A stretch of 64,000 nt of DNA from the human T2T-CHM13v2.0 reference genome, Homo sapiens (GCF_009914755.1 NC_060934.1), one strand, 5' to 3'; shown: positions 48,265 through 62,129, counted from the stretch's first letter. Notes: a model not told the origin generated them from the letters alone. A program made the numbers and translations.

Positions 48265-48546
48265 ACTGGGTGCGATGGCTCACGCCTGTAATCCCAGCAG
48301 TTTGAGAGGCTGAGGCTAGTGGATTGCTTGAGCTTAGGATTTTGAGGCCAGCCTGGGCATACACAGTGAAACCGCTTCTGAAAAAAAAAAAAATCAGCGA
48401 GGCATGGTGGTGCACGCCTGTGGTCCCAGCTACTCAGGTGGCTGAGGTGGGAGCTCAGAAGGCGGAGGCTGCAGTGAGCTGTAATTGCACCACCGCACTA
48501 CAGCCTGGATAACAAAGCAAGACTCTGTCTCAAAAAGTAAAAAAAT
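48265..48546 (+). mobile_element. Alu (J-like)
   Basis: TSD taaatatgcccacta. Confidence 0.94.
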
Positions 48547-49061
48547 TAAATATGCCCACTAAACCCTTTAGCAAAGAAATGATTCCTGATTTATATCATC
48601 ATTTTATTGGCCTACTTTACCATAAAAAGTGGTTGAGAAGAGCTGTCTTTGCCTCTTCCCAGTGGCCTTGGGGACAGTGGTGCAGACACACAGTCAATTC
48701 CAGTTTGCTTAGAGCATCTGCGCTATCCCAAGAATTTCAGCGTTAGCGATCTTGACAAGAGGGCTGACATTTCCCATCTGAAGTCTGGAAGGAGATCAGT
48801 CCTGTGAAATAGACAGGCTGATCTTGAAATAAAGTTCACTGGAGTATGATGAACAACTACTTTCAGAGGCCAACTGTTATCAGGTAACAGAGGTAATGGC
48901 AAGGCCCACTATGGACCATTCAAACATCAGAGAAGTTGGTTTTAGCTCTTTTTTTCCACCTTCCCTTGCTTCATATGAAAACGTGAGAAAACAGATTATT
49001 TTCTCCTTATCTTTCCACCTTACCCCTTACATATTTTATTTATTACCTCCCTGTATATTAA

Positions 49062-49387
49062 TTTTTTTTTTGAGACACAGTTTCACTCTGTCGCCCAAGC
49101 TGGAGTGCAATGGCATGCTCTCTCTCTCGCCCAAGCTAGAGTGCAATGGCATGCTCTCAGCTCACTGCAAACTCCGCCTCCCGGTTCAAGTGATTCTCAT
49201 GCCTCAGCCTCCCGAGTAGCTGGAATTACAGGAAGGTGCTGCCATGCCCGGCTAATTTTTGTATTTTTATTAGAGATGGGGTTTCATCATGTTGGCCAGG
49301 CTGGTTCCAAACTCCTGACCCCAAGTGATCCGCCCGCCTCAGCCTCCCACGTGCTGGAATTACATGTGTGAGCCACTGCACCCAGCC
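49062..49387 (-). mobile_element. Alu (S-like) with internal 36-bp tandem duplication
   Basis: TSD tacct(c/t)cctgtatattaattt. Confidence 0.95.
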
Positions 49388-50256
49388 ATACCTTCCTGTA
49401 TATTAATTTTATGGCAGAAATATAATGCTCCAAATTAATGAAAACTTGATTAAGGTAATATCAATGATGAAATACACAAGACCACAAAATCCAAAAAGAC
49501 AAGGACCTCTGAGTTCCCGGCACTTTGACCCATGCTTTGTACACAGTAGGGCCTCACAAGATATTTGTTTAACAAAGAAATTGAAGAAATGTACTTCACA
49601 AGCTTGGGTTACGAATTAAATGAGGTAACTGTTTCCGGCACAGAGTAGGTATTTAATACTTTCTCCTTCCTTTCCATCCACAAAACAGCTGGAGAAATCA
49701 CCCTCTATTCCAGGCTTCCAATAAGTGTTCACAGGTAGCAGGTCAAAAATGCTCCCAGTTCATTACTCCATCAGTCCACCAAAAACACCCAGGTCAGCAA
49801 GCCAGGCCCAAAATGTTCAGGAGTGGAGTCAGAACTCAGGTTACAAAATCAAATATTGTTCCACATTGCCTTTGCTCAAGAACCCCACCCCCCACCCCCA
49901 CGAATGGTCTTAGTAATAACCTCCCTATAGAAAGGATATCTTCAAAAGAAGTCTCCCTCCTGAATAGCAGGCGGCCAAAGCTAACCCCAGCTCAGTGCCC
50001 CTGACCTTGGCTGTCCTTGGCGGCCTTCACTGCCTCATGTTTCAGAGAAGAGTCTGAAGCAGAAGTCCAGTTCTGGTTTACAATGTCAGCAACAAAAGCC
50101 AAGCAAAAGAGAGATATTGGATCATTCCAGATTTCACTGTGCTTTTTATTTTAAGTGTAAAACAGCATCTTCATTTGAGTCTAACTTTTCCCAAAGACAT
50201 GGCAACAAACTTCAGACCTCTGGAGTTCTTTCCATCCCTATGAATCTTTAAATAAC

Positions 50257-50567
50257 TTTTTTATTTCTTCTTATTATTATTATTATTTTGAGACAGAGTC
50301 TCTCTCTGTTGCCCAGGCTGGAGTGCAGTGGCGCAATCTCGGCTCACTGCAACCTCTGCCTCCTGGATTCAAGAGATTCTTCCGCCTCAGCCTCCTGAGT
50401 AGCTGGGACTACAGGAACCTGCCACCACGCCCAGCTAAATTTTGTACTTTTGGTAGACATGGTTTCACTATTTTGGCCAGGCTGGTATTGAACTCCTGAC
50501 CTCAAGTGATCGGCCAGCCTCAGTCTCCCACAGTGCTGGGATTACAGGCGTGAGCCACTGCGCCCAG
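50257..50567 (-). mobile_element. Alu (S-like)
   Basis: Reverse dimer; approximate TSD aa(t/c)aactttttt. Confidence 0.95.
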
Positions 50568-51043
50568 TGAACAACTTTTTTAAATGCCCACATATTGATC
50601 TAAAAGAAAAACAATACATGTGTGGAAGGGTCTACTTTATTCTTCCAGTGAGAAGCTTTCTCATTTGGTAGGACACAAAGTATTATCTAACATAGACTCT
50701 GATCAAAGGAAATCATGGTTGAATAAACTTTCCATATCGAACTTAGAACAATTCCTACCAATCATACTTAGAACATACCAGTCATACTTAGAACAATTCC
50801 TACCAATCACTCATCATTTTCCTCAAATAAAGTGGCAAAACCAAATGTGAGTTTTATTTAAGTAAATATTTGGCAGCTCATTAAAAAGTAAAAATGGAAG
50901 ATCCGAATTTTCTAATGTAGCTTTGGATCAGTATTTGGGCTAGAGAATTAAAGAGAATGAAACTATTGTGAAACTATTATGTAATGATATTTTTTCAGTT
51001 AAAGTTTCATTGACAGATTATATGTATAATTCATACTTACACA

Positions 51044-51354
51044 TTTTTTAATTTTTAATTTTTTTATTTTTTGAGATGGAGTCTTGCTCTGTTGCCAGGC
51101 TGGAGTGCAGTGGTGCAATCTCGCCTCACTGAAACCTCTGCCTCCCAGGTTCAAGTGATTCTTATGTCTCAGCCTCCCAAGTAGCTGGGATTAGAGGCAT
51201 GTGCCACCATGCCTGGCAGATTTCTTTGTATTTTTAGCAGAGACAGGGTTTTGCCATGTTGGCCAGGCTGGTCTCGAACTCCTGGCCTCAAGTGATCTGC
51301 CAACTCTGCCTCCCAAAGTGCTGGGATTACAGGTGTGAGCCACTGCACTTGGCC
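51044..51354 (-). mobile_element. Alu (S-like)
   Basis: TSD atacttacacattt. Confidence 0.95.
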
Positions 51355-51454
51355 ATACTTACACATTTATATATGTAAATAATGTATACACATATATATG
51401 TGAACATTATTTGTAATCAAAACTTTATCAAGTTCAAATATTATTATAAACTAC

Positions 51455-51621
51455 TTTTTTGGGGGGGGGTTTGTTTTTGTTTTGAGACAGAGTCTGGCTG
51501 TTTTGCCCAGACTGGAGTGGAGTGGCATGATCTTGACTCACTGCAACCTCTGCCTCCTGGATTCAAGTACTTCAGCCTCCCAAAGAGCTGAGATTACAGG
51601 CGTGAGCCACCCCACCCAGCC
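51455..51621 (-). mobile_element. Alu collapsed to monomer length
   Basis: Right-arm 3' half joined to left-arm 5' end; TSD tataaacta. Confidence 0.9.
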
Positions 51622-51637
51622 TATAAACTATTTGTAA

Positions 51638-52737
51638 TGTTCCTCTGTAAGAGCCTGTTCTGACACCAATTGCTGTTATTGCAATTTAATTCTGGCGCTA
51701 ACTACTTGGAGTTAAGTGCAGATCCACATGTTAAAGGGCATGGTACACAGACTGCCCTTACTTGAGATGCCAGCCACAAGCAGTGTCCCCAGGTCACCCA
51801 AACTTTTGTCTACTGGCAACAAATCCAGGGAGTTCCCATGGCCCCACAGGCTTAATAATTCACTGGAACAACTCACAGAATTCAGGAAAGTGCTACTTTT
51901 TTGGTCAGTTTTATTGCAAAAAAGTACAAATCAGAATGAGCCACATGAAGAGACACATCAGACAAGGCCTGAAAGGGTCTTGAATGCAGAGCTTCCATGT
52001 TCTTTCCCTGTATTAGCCTATTGTCATGCTGCTAATAAGAGATACCTGAGACTGCATAATTTATAAAGGAAAGAAGTTTAATGGACTCACAGTTCCACAT
52101 GGCTGGGGAGGCCTCACAATCATGGTGGAAGGCAAAGGAGGAGCAACACCACGTCTTACATACTGGCAGGCAAGAGAGCTTGTGCAGGGGAACTCCCATC
52201 TACAAAACCATCAGATCTTGTGAGACTTATTCACTATCATGAGAACAGCATGAGAAAGACCTGCCCCATGATTCAATTACCTCCCACCAGATCCCTCCCA
52301 CATCACATAGGAATTACAGGAGCTACAATTCAAGATGAGATTTGGGTGGGGACACAGTCAAACCATATCACTCCCTGTGGAATTAGAGCATGTCACTCTC
52401 TTGGCACATCCATCTATTCACTGACCAGGAAGCTCTACTGACTTTTGCCAGTGGTGTCCAGAGTTTTTATTGGCGTTTCATTGCACAGGCATGATTGATA
52501 ACTCAATCTCCAGCCTTCCTTCCTCCCCGGAGGTCAGGCTATCTCAAAGCCCCAACCCTCTGATCACAAGATTGGTCTTTCTGGTAACCAACCCAGTTCC
52601 TGGGCCATCTCATTAGCATAATCTCAGGCATTCAAATAACAACAATACTCCCTATCACTTGGTAAATTCCAAGGGTTTTAGAAGCTCCATGCCAGGAACC
52701 CTAGACAAAGACCAGAAAAATTCTTTATTATGCAATA
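51638..52737 (-). mobile_element. MER21-family LTR split by THE1
   Basis: actcacagaattcaggaaagtgct and aattccaagggttttagaagctccatgccaggaacc are homologous to the 35465 element. Confidence 0.7.
52009..52370 (-). mobile_element. THE1 (C-like) solo LTR
   Basis: tgtattag...gatttgggtggggacacagtcaaaccatatca; 5-bp TSD ttccc/ctccc. Confidence 0.93.
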
Positions 52738-52959
52738 GAGCCAATGACACAAAACCAAATGCAGCCAGGTAAAGCAATTCTACACATGGCCTGCCTATCT
52801 TGGTCCAGGTCCATGGATTATCTTATGGTCTGGCTTAAAACAAGAGTCAATTTTAGAGTTAAAAGGATGAAATGGCCTACTTATCTTCCAAGCTGTCCTT
52901 CATAATCATTGATTCCCTCAGCTATATCTTCAAAATGTGTATTATCTAATTAAGATCCC

Positions 52960-53740
52960 TGAAAAACTGCATGCAAGGAGAAACCTGGCAGCTATCACCT
53001 CAACCAAGTAATTCGAGTTAACATCATCAATAATGGAACAAGGGACATCACCTACTCCGTGGCACAATGCGCTGAGAAAGATACAGCATTACTTCTATGG
53101 TTTTACCACTAAAAATTCACAGCTTGAACCTCCTCACAAGGAAACATCAGATAAACATACATCCAGGGATATTTTACAAAGCAACTGGCCTGTACGCTTC
53201 AAAAATGGCAAAGTCACAAAAAACAAATACAGACTAAGGAAGGGCTCTGGATGAAAAAAACTAAAGAGACAGAACAACTAAATGAATCTCATCACCCAAG
53301 GTTGGATCTGGGCTAGGAAAAAAAAAGTCCTATAAAGGATATTACTGGGCCAATTGATGCAATTCGTATATGGACTGTGGATCAAATGGTATTATTATGC
53401 CAATGTTTTGTTTCCTGGGTTTTTAAATTTTATTCTCTATGTTGCACGTCATCAAGCAAGTTTTCTGGTTTTCATCATTGTTTTGTATACAGAGATGTAC
53501 AAATGTAAGAGAATTTCCTTTTTTTAAAAAAAACACCCTTATGTATTTAGGGTCACCATAATGTGACTATATGTCACTCTCAAATAATACCTCTTAAAAG
53601 AGATAGAAGGGGAATAGTGGTAAATGATTAAACAAATTGGGTTAAAATGTAAGCAATAAGTAATGTTTTTGGAGAAGTGTATACAAAAGTTATCTGAACC
53701 ATATTTACAACTTTTCATTATGTTTAAAATTACATTAAAT
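52960..53740 (+). mobile_element. L1MC-type 3' UTR relic
   Basis: gaaacatcagataaac...attttacaaagcaactggcctgtacgcttcaaaaatggcaaagtca resembles L1MC4. Confidence 0.7.
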
Positions 53741-54028
53741 AGGCCAGGCATGGTGGCTCAATGCCTGTAATCCCAGCACTTTGGAAGGCTGAAGCAGGAG
53801 GATCACTTGAGATCAGGAGTTTTTAAGACCAGCCTGGGCAACACAGTGAGACTACGTCTGAACAAAATTAAAATTAAAATTAAAATATTAGCTAGGTATG
53901 GTGGTGCATACCTGTAGTCCCAGCTACTCAGGAGGCTGAGACAGGAGGATTGCATGAGCTTCAGTGAGACAAGATCATGCCACTGTACTGCAGCCTGGGT
54001 GACAAAGGGAGACCCCTTCTCAAAAAAA
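53741..54028 (+). mobile_element. Alu (J-like)
   Basis: Dimer with A tail. Confidence 0.93.
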
Positions 54029-54525
54029 CTTATATCAAATAAAAATCTAAAAACAAAGTCATACATGCAGAGAAAATGTGTAACGTTGCAAAGAAAATCC
54101 ATAACTGGTCTAGAAGAAACACAGACAGAGATGCTGGGATTTTGGTCGTCTGCCCCTTGTTTTAACTTTGGATGATGCCTTGATAAAAGTGCTCTCATAT
54201 GTTATTTTCGTTCTTAAGAATCTCTGTCTTCCCCATTCTCAGTGAACGGAGGAACTTTTTCTTTTTTTGCGCTTAGCATGTACAGAATCCTCTGCTTTGC
54301 ATACAGAAAACAGCATTGAACAAAGCACATTTCCTACTCCATGAGCTTATAGCTTTCTCGGGCAGATAGGCCCTCTTCTCATATTTAACTTTTTACATGC
54401 GATAAAAATGGAAAACCTAAAAGTGACACAAGGTGTTATGAAAACACATACATCTGAGGGCCTGCTAAGTTTTGAAATGAGAGGAATTGGGAAGGGGAGA
54501 AGTAGGTAGAAAGCCATCCAAAAGA

Positions 54526-55047
54526 GTTATCGGTGGAGGGTGTCCAGGATCTTAGCATTTTGAACAAAGAATTGGATAAGCACAAAACAAAGAAAGAATG
54601 AAGCCGCAAAAGCAGAGATTTATTGAACACGAAAGTACACTCCATATGTTGGAAGGAAGCCGATCACAGGGTCTCAAGGGCCCAGTGCCAGTATTTTCTG
54701 GGATTTAAATACCCTCTAGAGGTTTCCCATTGGCCACTTGGTGTACACCCTATGCAGACGAAGTAGTGGCCCACAGTCAATCTGATTGGTTGGGGGAAGC
54801 AACCAATCAGAGGCTGAAGTAAAGTTACAAAGGTTACATCCTATGCAATCTGATTGGCTATGGAAAGCAACCAATCAGAGGTACTTTCAATTTTCCATCT
54901 GCCTTGCAGAAAAAGGTCGGGGGTTTGCAAAAGTCTCTGGTCTTTTTTTTACTTAGATGTGGAAAGTTGGGGTTTTCCTTTTGATTTAGTTCTAGGAAGT
55001 CAATCGGCCTTCAGTTCCCTGCCTCTAGGCCCTATTCTCCTGCCTCA
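54526..55047 (-). mobile_element. MER51-family solo LTR (ERV1)
   Basis: Ends ccctattctcctgcctca (reverse complement TGAGGCAGGAGAATAGGG); repeated ccaatcag boxes. Confidence 0.85.
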
Positions 55048-56140
55048 AAGGCATCTGTTCTTCCCTATCCCACAGGCAAGGGTTGCCTAAGACAGCCTTG
55101 ACACACCTTATCACTGCCCTTTACTACAAAGGAGTGTTCCACATCATTTTCTGCAATCTTTATTTCAGAATCAGGTGCTGGCAACCTGAAGTTGGAGAGA
55201 AGTTTCACTGTCTCCTGTGCCTTGGCAAAGGTAAATTCATGCCTAATGATTAAATCAATATTCAGTAGGCAGGAATTAGAATTTAACTTGGGCCTCTGAT
55301 ATACCTGGGCAACCCAATCCAGGTTTTGGTTTCACCAGAATCATAAGCGAAGATGAGTAAATCCTGGTGCAGGTAAGAATGAAATGTTGTCAACAGTCTT
55401 TTGACGGAATTGACAGAAGGCAAATACTTGACTGGTTTGGTTGCAGAAATTTTCACACACTAAAAGTGGAATACCACCACCTGCTCTCTTTCCTGTATCA
55501 CAAAACAGAGACACTGGAAATGAACTGAGACATTAGAGATGGTCAGAATAATTCTTGACTTATAAGTTAATGCTACCAAAATCTGATCCATAGAAAAATG
55601 TTGCACTAATTATACCAAGTTTAGATAGAAGACTCCAAATGGGTTCCTTCTAATTTGTAGCTCACAAATCCTAATCCTCACCCTTTCTTTCTTTTAGAAA
55701 CTATAGAGAATCAATTAATGTCTGTTATACATCATCCAGTTCTAAAAACTTCAGAGCCCATATATTTTTCAATAGTAGGTGTGACTATTAGAAAGCATGG
55801 CTCCTGTATATGATTTTTCTACACCCATTGAACTAGCACTGACCACCTGAAATTGATTGCTTCAAAAACATGAAAGAGGCAGCACCTCTATTTTGTCAAC
55901 ATGGATGAAATGAGGTTCCTTCTTGCTTTTGGTAACAAGACACAAAAGGAACCATTATAGCCTCACTATATATACTGTAGAAGGGTTTATGTCTGGAAAT
56001 CATTCTTCTCTCCCTTGGGCAAGAACATTTGGCATTATTAACAAAAATGCTGTGACCAACTATTTCTTGGCCAGAATTCCTTATAATGCTATTGATCTGA
56101 TCCAAAGGACTTGGGAAAAGAAATCAGTTTGGTTTAATTT

Positions 56141-56230
56141 TATATATATATATGTGTATGTATACATATATATATATATATGTATGTATACATATATATA
56201 TGTATGTATACATATATATATATATATATG
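56141..56230. repeat. (TA)n/(TATG)n low-complexity microsatellite
   Basis: Directly visible. Confidence 0.95.
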
Positions 56231-57610
56231 AATGTTTTATATAGATGTATACACACAGAAAGAGAGAAGGAAGATTTTTGTAATTTAACTCATGCATTTT
56301 GGGCTTTGCATATGCATTATTATATGCTGTGCTATCATATGCTTTCAGTAATTAAAAACAAAAATTTCTCATCATAAATATCTGAAAAGGTCCCATTTAG
56401 TTCAGGGCACTTGTAAATTGTATGCTTATAACCACCAAAGAAAGACCTCTAAAGTTAATATCAGCAGTATAACTGTGTTTATTTGTAGTTAAGATGACCA
56501 GGAAAATTGAAGGGAGATATTAATCGCGTTGCTTTCAAGGCAAGGCAAATTCAGTTATGGCATGGTCAGACATTCATGAGATTAAGCCAGCTAGCTGTTA
56601 AGCCTAAGTATGTTCTATCTTGCGGAGGGCTTCAAAGTGTAATTATCTGTACTCTTCACTGGTTTGTGAACCCACTTTGTACTGTCTTTACTTCCCCTTT
56701 CTTTCTCCATCTAAAGCCAAATTGAAAAGGGAGATAAAGCTAAGCACATGAACCAGAGTAAAGGACCTGCAGACAGTGAAAGAAATGAAGCAAAAAAATT
56801 AAGTGTAGTTGGGCAAACTGGGGGAGCCCTCTAAATATATAAATTGAACTAACCAAGAACTTGTACTTCTGGGCTTCTGTCCTTGCCTAAGGAACACCCA
56901 TGTCACCATCAATTCCCTGTTCCCACTGGCCTTGAACGACATGGTTCACGTATCTCCCTAAGGATGTCTCACCATCCCCCCAGCATTGAGGCCCCTCTTC
57001 CCATCACACTCAGTCTGATGAGTATTTCTCATTGTTCCAGACATTATCTGTTGATTTATTTGGGCTATCTTTCCCTCTGATTTAAGTGTTCTCTCTATCT
57101 CTCTTTTTGTATTTTCACCTCTTAATGCTTGACCTTCCCAAGACCCTGTATAAAAAGACATATCACCTCTAACATGTGAACCTTTTTAGGCTACTCCCCA
57201 CAAGTCTCAATTTTCTTTTCTTGTCCTTTTTACTCTGCTTCCTCTGTAATTATTTACATCAGTGTTGTCCTTCTCTGATATCTATTTTCCACTTCCTTTT
57301 TTTCTCCTCTGCTGTGACCTTTAATTCTGTAACTACATTGAACTATATATAACTACAATAAAAACCATGACACATTTGGGAAACAAATGTGTTGTATAAA
57401 AAGTGTTGCATAAAAGAAAACTGTCTCACTGCATTGTGAGATCTTCAGCTTTCATTTGTGTTTCCCAGTGGGCAGGCTTGAAAGAGGCAACTCGTTTCTA
57501 CCATTTTTTACCTGATGTGGTTAGTTTATTGTCAGTGCAAACCACCAAGTAGGTTAGACACACAACAGAGGAAGGGAGCGATTTTGTAAATTATTAGAGG
57601 GAAGCAAAAA

Positions 57611-57900
57611 CCAAGCATGGTGGTTCACGCCTACAATCCCAGTACTTTGAGATGTTGAGGCAAGAGGATTGCTTGAGGCCAGGAGTTCAAGACTAGCCTG
57701 GGCAACACAGCAAGATCTTGTTGCCACAAAAAATAAAAATAAATGATCCAGGCATGGTGGTGCACACCTGTAGTCCTAGCTACTCAGGAGGCTGAGTGGG
57801 GAGAATCCCTTGAGCCCAGGAGGTTCGAGTCTACAGTGAGTGTGCCAGTGCACTCCAGCCTGGGGGATACAGCAAGATCTTGCCTCAGAGAAAAAAAAAA
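57611..57900 (+). mobile_element. Alu (J-like)
   Basis: Diverged dimer. Confidence 0.92.
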
Positions 57901-58599
57901 TTTTTTAAGTGTGTTTTTTTTTAAATATTTTAAGAAATCTTTTTTATGGGATTTTTTCTGGTTGGTTTTTAACTACAAAATTCTGAAAAATATAAATATG
58001 ACTATAATAAACCTTAAACAAAAGAAGGGTAAAAAAAATGACTTCTTAAATTAGGCAAATTTGTGTGGCTATTCCTGTTAAAATAACTCTTTGGGAGAAG
58101 GAACAGCAAAATGGAAAAGAACTTTCTTTCTCTCACTCAGGCTGAGAGCATCAAGAATGCATTTTTATTAGTGAGACCTGCTGCAAGTCACTGCCAAAGG
58201 GAGAAAGTTTTTGAAAGTTCGTCATGGTAAATCAATGTGTTTGTCATGGGTAAAAGAATGGCAGAAGATACATGAAAACCTGATGCTGATCACTTGGTTA
58301 CAAATGACTTGCAGATGTTAAAATGTGTTTCCCAGTAAAAAAATAAGACAAAACACCAGGCTGCCTGGCAAGAAGGGGCCAAGCACCTGCCTGAAAACAA
58401 TGAGAACCAAAATCAGCAGCAACCACCCAGATACTCCTGCAACTTCCTTCCTAAAAGCTCACAAGAGCCTCCTCTAGGTTCTTTTTTTTTTCACACAAAG
58501 TACAAAATCTTAGACTGAAACCATATGAGGTGGATCCTAGTAATTTCTTCTCAGTACACATGAGATGTGCCCACTTTTGCAACTTTGGTGACATTGTGA

Positions 58600-58903
58600 T
58601 TTATTTATTTATTTATTTATTTTGAGACAGAGACTCGCACTGTCCCCAGGCTGGAGTGCAGTGGTGTGATCTCAGCTCACTCCAAGCTCCGCTTCCAAGG
58701 TTCACGCCGTTCTCCTGCCTCAGCCTCCTGAGAAGCTGGGACTACAGGCGCCGACAACCATGCCTGGCTAATTTTTTGTATCTTTAGTAGAGACGGGGTT
58801 TCACCATGTTGGCCAGGCTGGTCTTGAACTCCTGACCTCATGATCTGCCTGCCTCGGCCTCCCAAAGTGCTGGGATTACAGGTGTGAGCCACTGCACCTG
58901 GCT
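58600..58903 (-). mobile_element. Alu, apparent Sg/Y chimera
   Basis: Left arm has S diagnostics, right arm Y diagnostics; no TSD visible. Confidence 0.93.
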
Positions 58904-60149
58904 GCAGAACATGCCTTCAGAGAGGCTTTGCAGGGCCTGGCACAGGGCTCCAAATGTCTTGCAGCTGCCAGCTTGCTCTTCAAGTTCATCATAGAGATTC
59001 AGGCAAATTAGCGTGATGTAACAAATGATATTGAAAGAGACCCTCTGGTTCTCTGACCAGTTCTAGATAGAGATCAACCCTTAAGTAGGATCATTTCTCA
59101 AAAACAGACCAAGTGAATTCCTAGGAGGCCTCCAGCCAAGATGGAAGAGCCGTAAGGTCACACACTGGAAAAAGCAAGTTTATTTCAGGTCAAGAGGCGA
59201 ATGCCCAATTACCTTCTAGGATAATCAGACCTCACTGAGACCCAAGTTTCCTATTTAAGACAGCCTAGTGAATGGATTAGTCAAAAGATTTGCAGGCTCT
59301 GGGAGCTGATGCAGGAGAGAAAAGGGGTTACAAAAGCCCATGAGGATTAATCAAACATCCTGAATTCTTACTTTACTGTGAATGTTTTAAGGACATCATT
59401 GTGACGTGGTTCAAGATGCACGGCTGTTAGCCTATGTAAATATATAATTTTGACTTAAAGACGAAAACATGCAATCTCCTTAAAGGTGTAAACATAGGGA
59501 AATAATCAATGTCAATAAACCAACCAGAAGACAATAGTTAGGCATTACTGTTAAAAGAAATAGTCCACCCCCAAACCACCACCACCACCTTAAATAATGA
59601 GAATGTTTCTTTATTCATATGCATATTCATTTGTGCTTTGGGAGGATTTTAATTTCTAGTAGCAGTTGGTGTTGGGACTTTTGGAGTTTGGGTTTGTGTT
59701 TATTCTTGAAAGATGTGTTTTGGTTAAATGTGAGTTAACTGCATTTAAACCTATTTAAAAGGTATAATTAAAATAGTTAAGATGTTAAGGCCAAACATTT
59801 TTAGTGTCTATTGCTTTGTATTGCTTTGGCTGTTTAATTTTATGCAAAAACACATAGACAAACACACACGCACACACACACACACACACAATAAAGCCCA
59901 CTTAAATGAACACCTGCTCAAAGAATAGCTTTGTAGAAAAGATCATATCTGAAATTAAATGTAAGTTAAAAACCGCTCCATAAAATGATACTCCATTATC
60001 CCTGGTCTGCTCATAATGAAATAATAAACATTTGTACAATATAATGATGAAACTGAATATAGAGAACTACATGATCATTTTTAACTTCCAGTCTCAATCA
60101 CAATCATTCTTATTCATCAATTTCATTTGAAAATTTCATTTGAAAAACA

Positions 60150-60225
60150 AACCATTAAAATAAAGATATTCCTTATAAAGATATCAATAAATTTATTCAT
60201 ATTTTCACAGAGTACACAATACATT
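60150..60225 (-). terminator. Candidate polyadenylation site of a minus-strand transcript
   Basis: AATAAA on minus strand (tttatt 60192-60197), upstream TGTA elements, downstream T/GT-rich tract. Confidence 0.5.
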
Positions 60226-61260
60226 ATTAAAGTTCACCTATAGAAATCAAACAAGCAACTGAAAATTTTCTAGTTTTGCCTTATTCAAATCTTCATTTAC
60301 AATGAGAGGCTATTTTTTGTATGTCATGTCTATGAAATGTTATCAATGTCACTTATAAATTCAAAAATTCAGATAAGATATGGCTTATCTGAGATGTTAA
60401 TTAGACACAGTTCCTCAAATCCCATTCTCTAATAGCTATTCAAAATATTTTCACTTTATTACCCTATCTTTCTTTTTGTTTTTTGCATAACAGAAGGCTA
60501 TCATTATATCTAGAATTGTAAAATGAGGTAAGATTTCACCTTCTCCTTAAGTTTAATGATTAGACCATACTTAAAGATTTCTCAAAATAGCATCAAAATT
60601 CTTTACGCACAGTCCATGCATGAAAATTGGTACCTATTTTGTTATAGAAATTCTTTTCTGACACAAAACATGAAAGTAAAATCACTGTTTTGTGACATTT
60701 GATTCTCTCTTCTGTTTTTAATTATTAGTAGAAGATTCCTGAGTTGACATTGATGATTAGATAATCCATCTACATCACACGAAAAATATGGAAGCATTCT
60801 GATCTCTATGTTTAGGAGTCCTATCAACTATGGTCTTTCCACAAAGAAACATTATTGGAAAATGTGCTCTTGTGACATGTTTACAGTCTTAAAAAGCTGG
60901 CATGACTCCTAAGGTGGTTTAAAGAGTTCATATCCCAATCTTACAAAAGAGGAAGTTTTGATAATATTACAGGAATAAAGAGAAAAACGGACTATTTCTG
61001 TGATTAGTGCCATGAAAACATCTGACAACCTTATTTTTATTTATTTCATTTTATTAACAAAGACTTCATATGCTTTCGTTCCCCCTAGAAAAACCATGAG
61101 ATTGATAAAAGTTTCCATAGGTTTTATAAATACTGAAATTAAAGAAGAATGTCTTGCCTAGGGGGTCCACTCACATTTAAAATATCCCCATAAACTAGAA
61201 CTGCAACCCCAGAGACTCAAGCTGAACTAGTGGTCACATTTTCACAGGCACATGCTAAGC

Positions 61261-62129
<869 letters not shown>

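Noticed and set aside
50741-50809. CRISPR-like repeats
   Set aside because: Eukaryotic DNA; units abut without unique spacers and there are no cas genes
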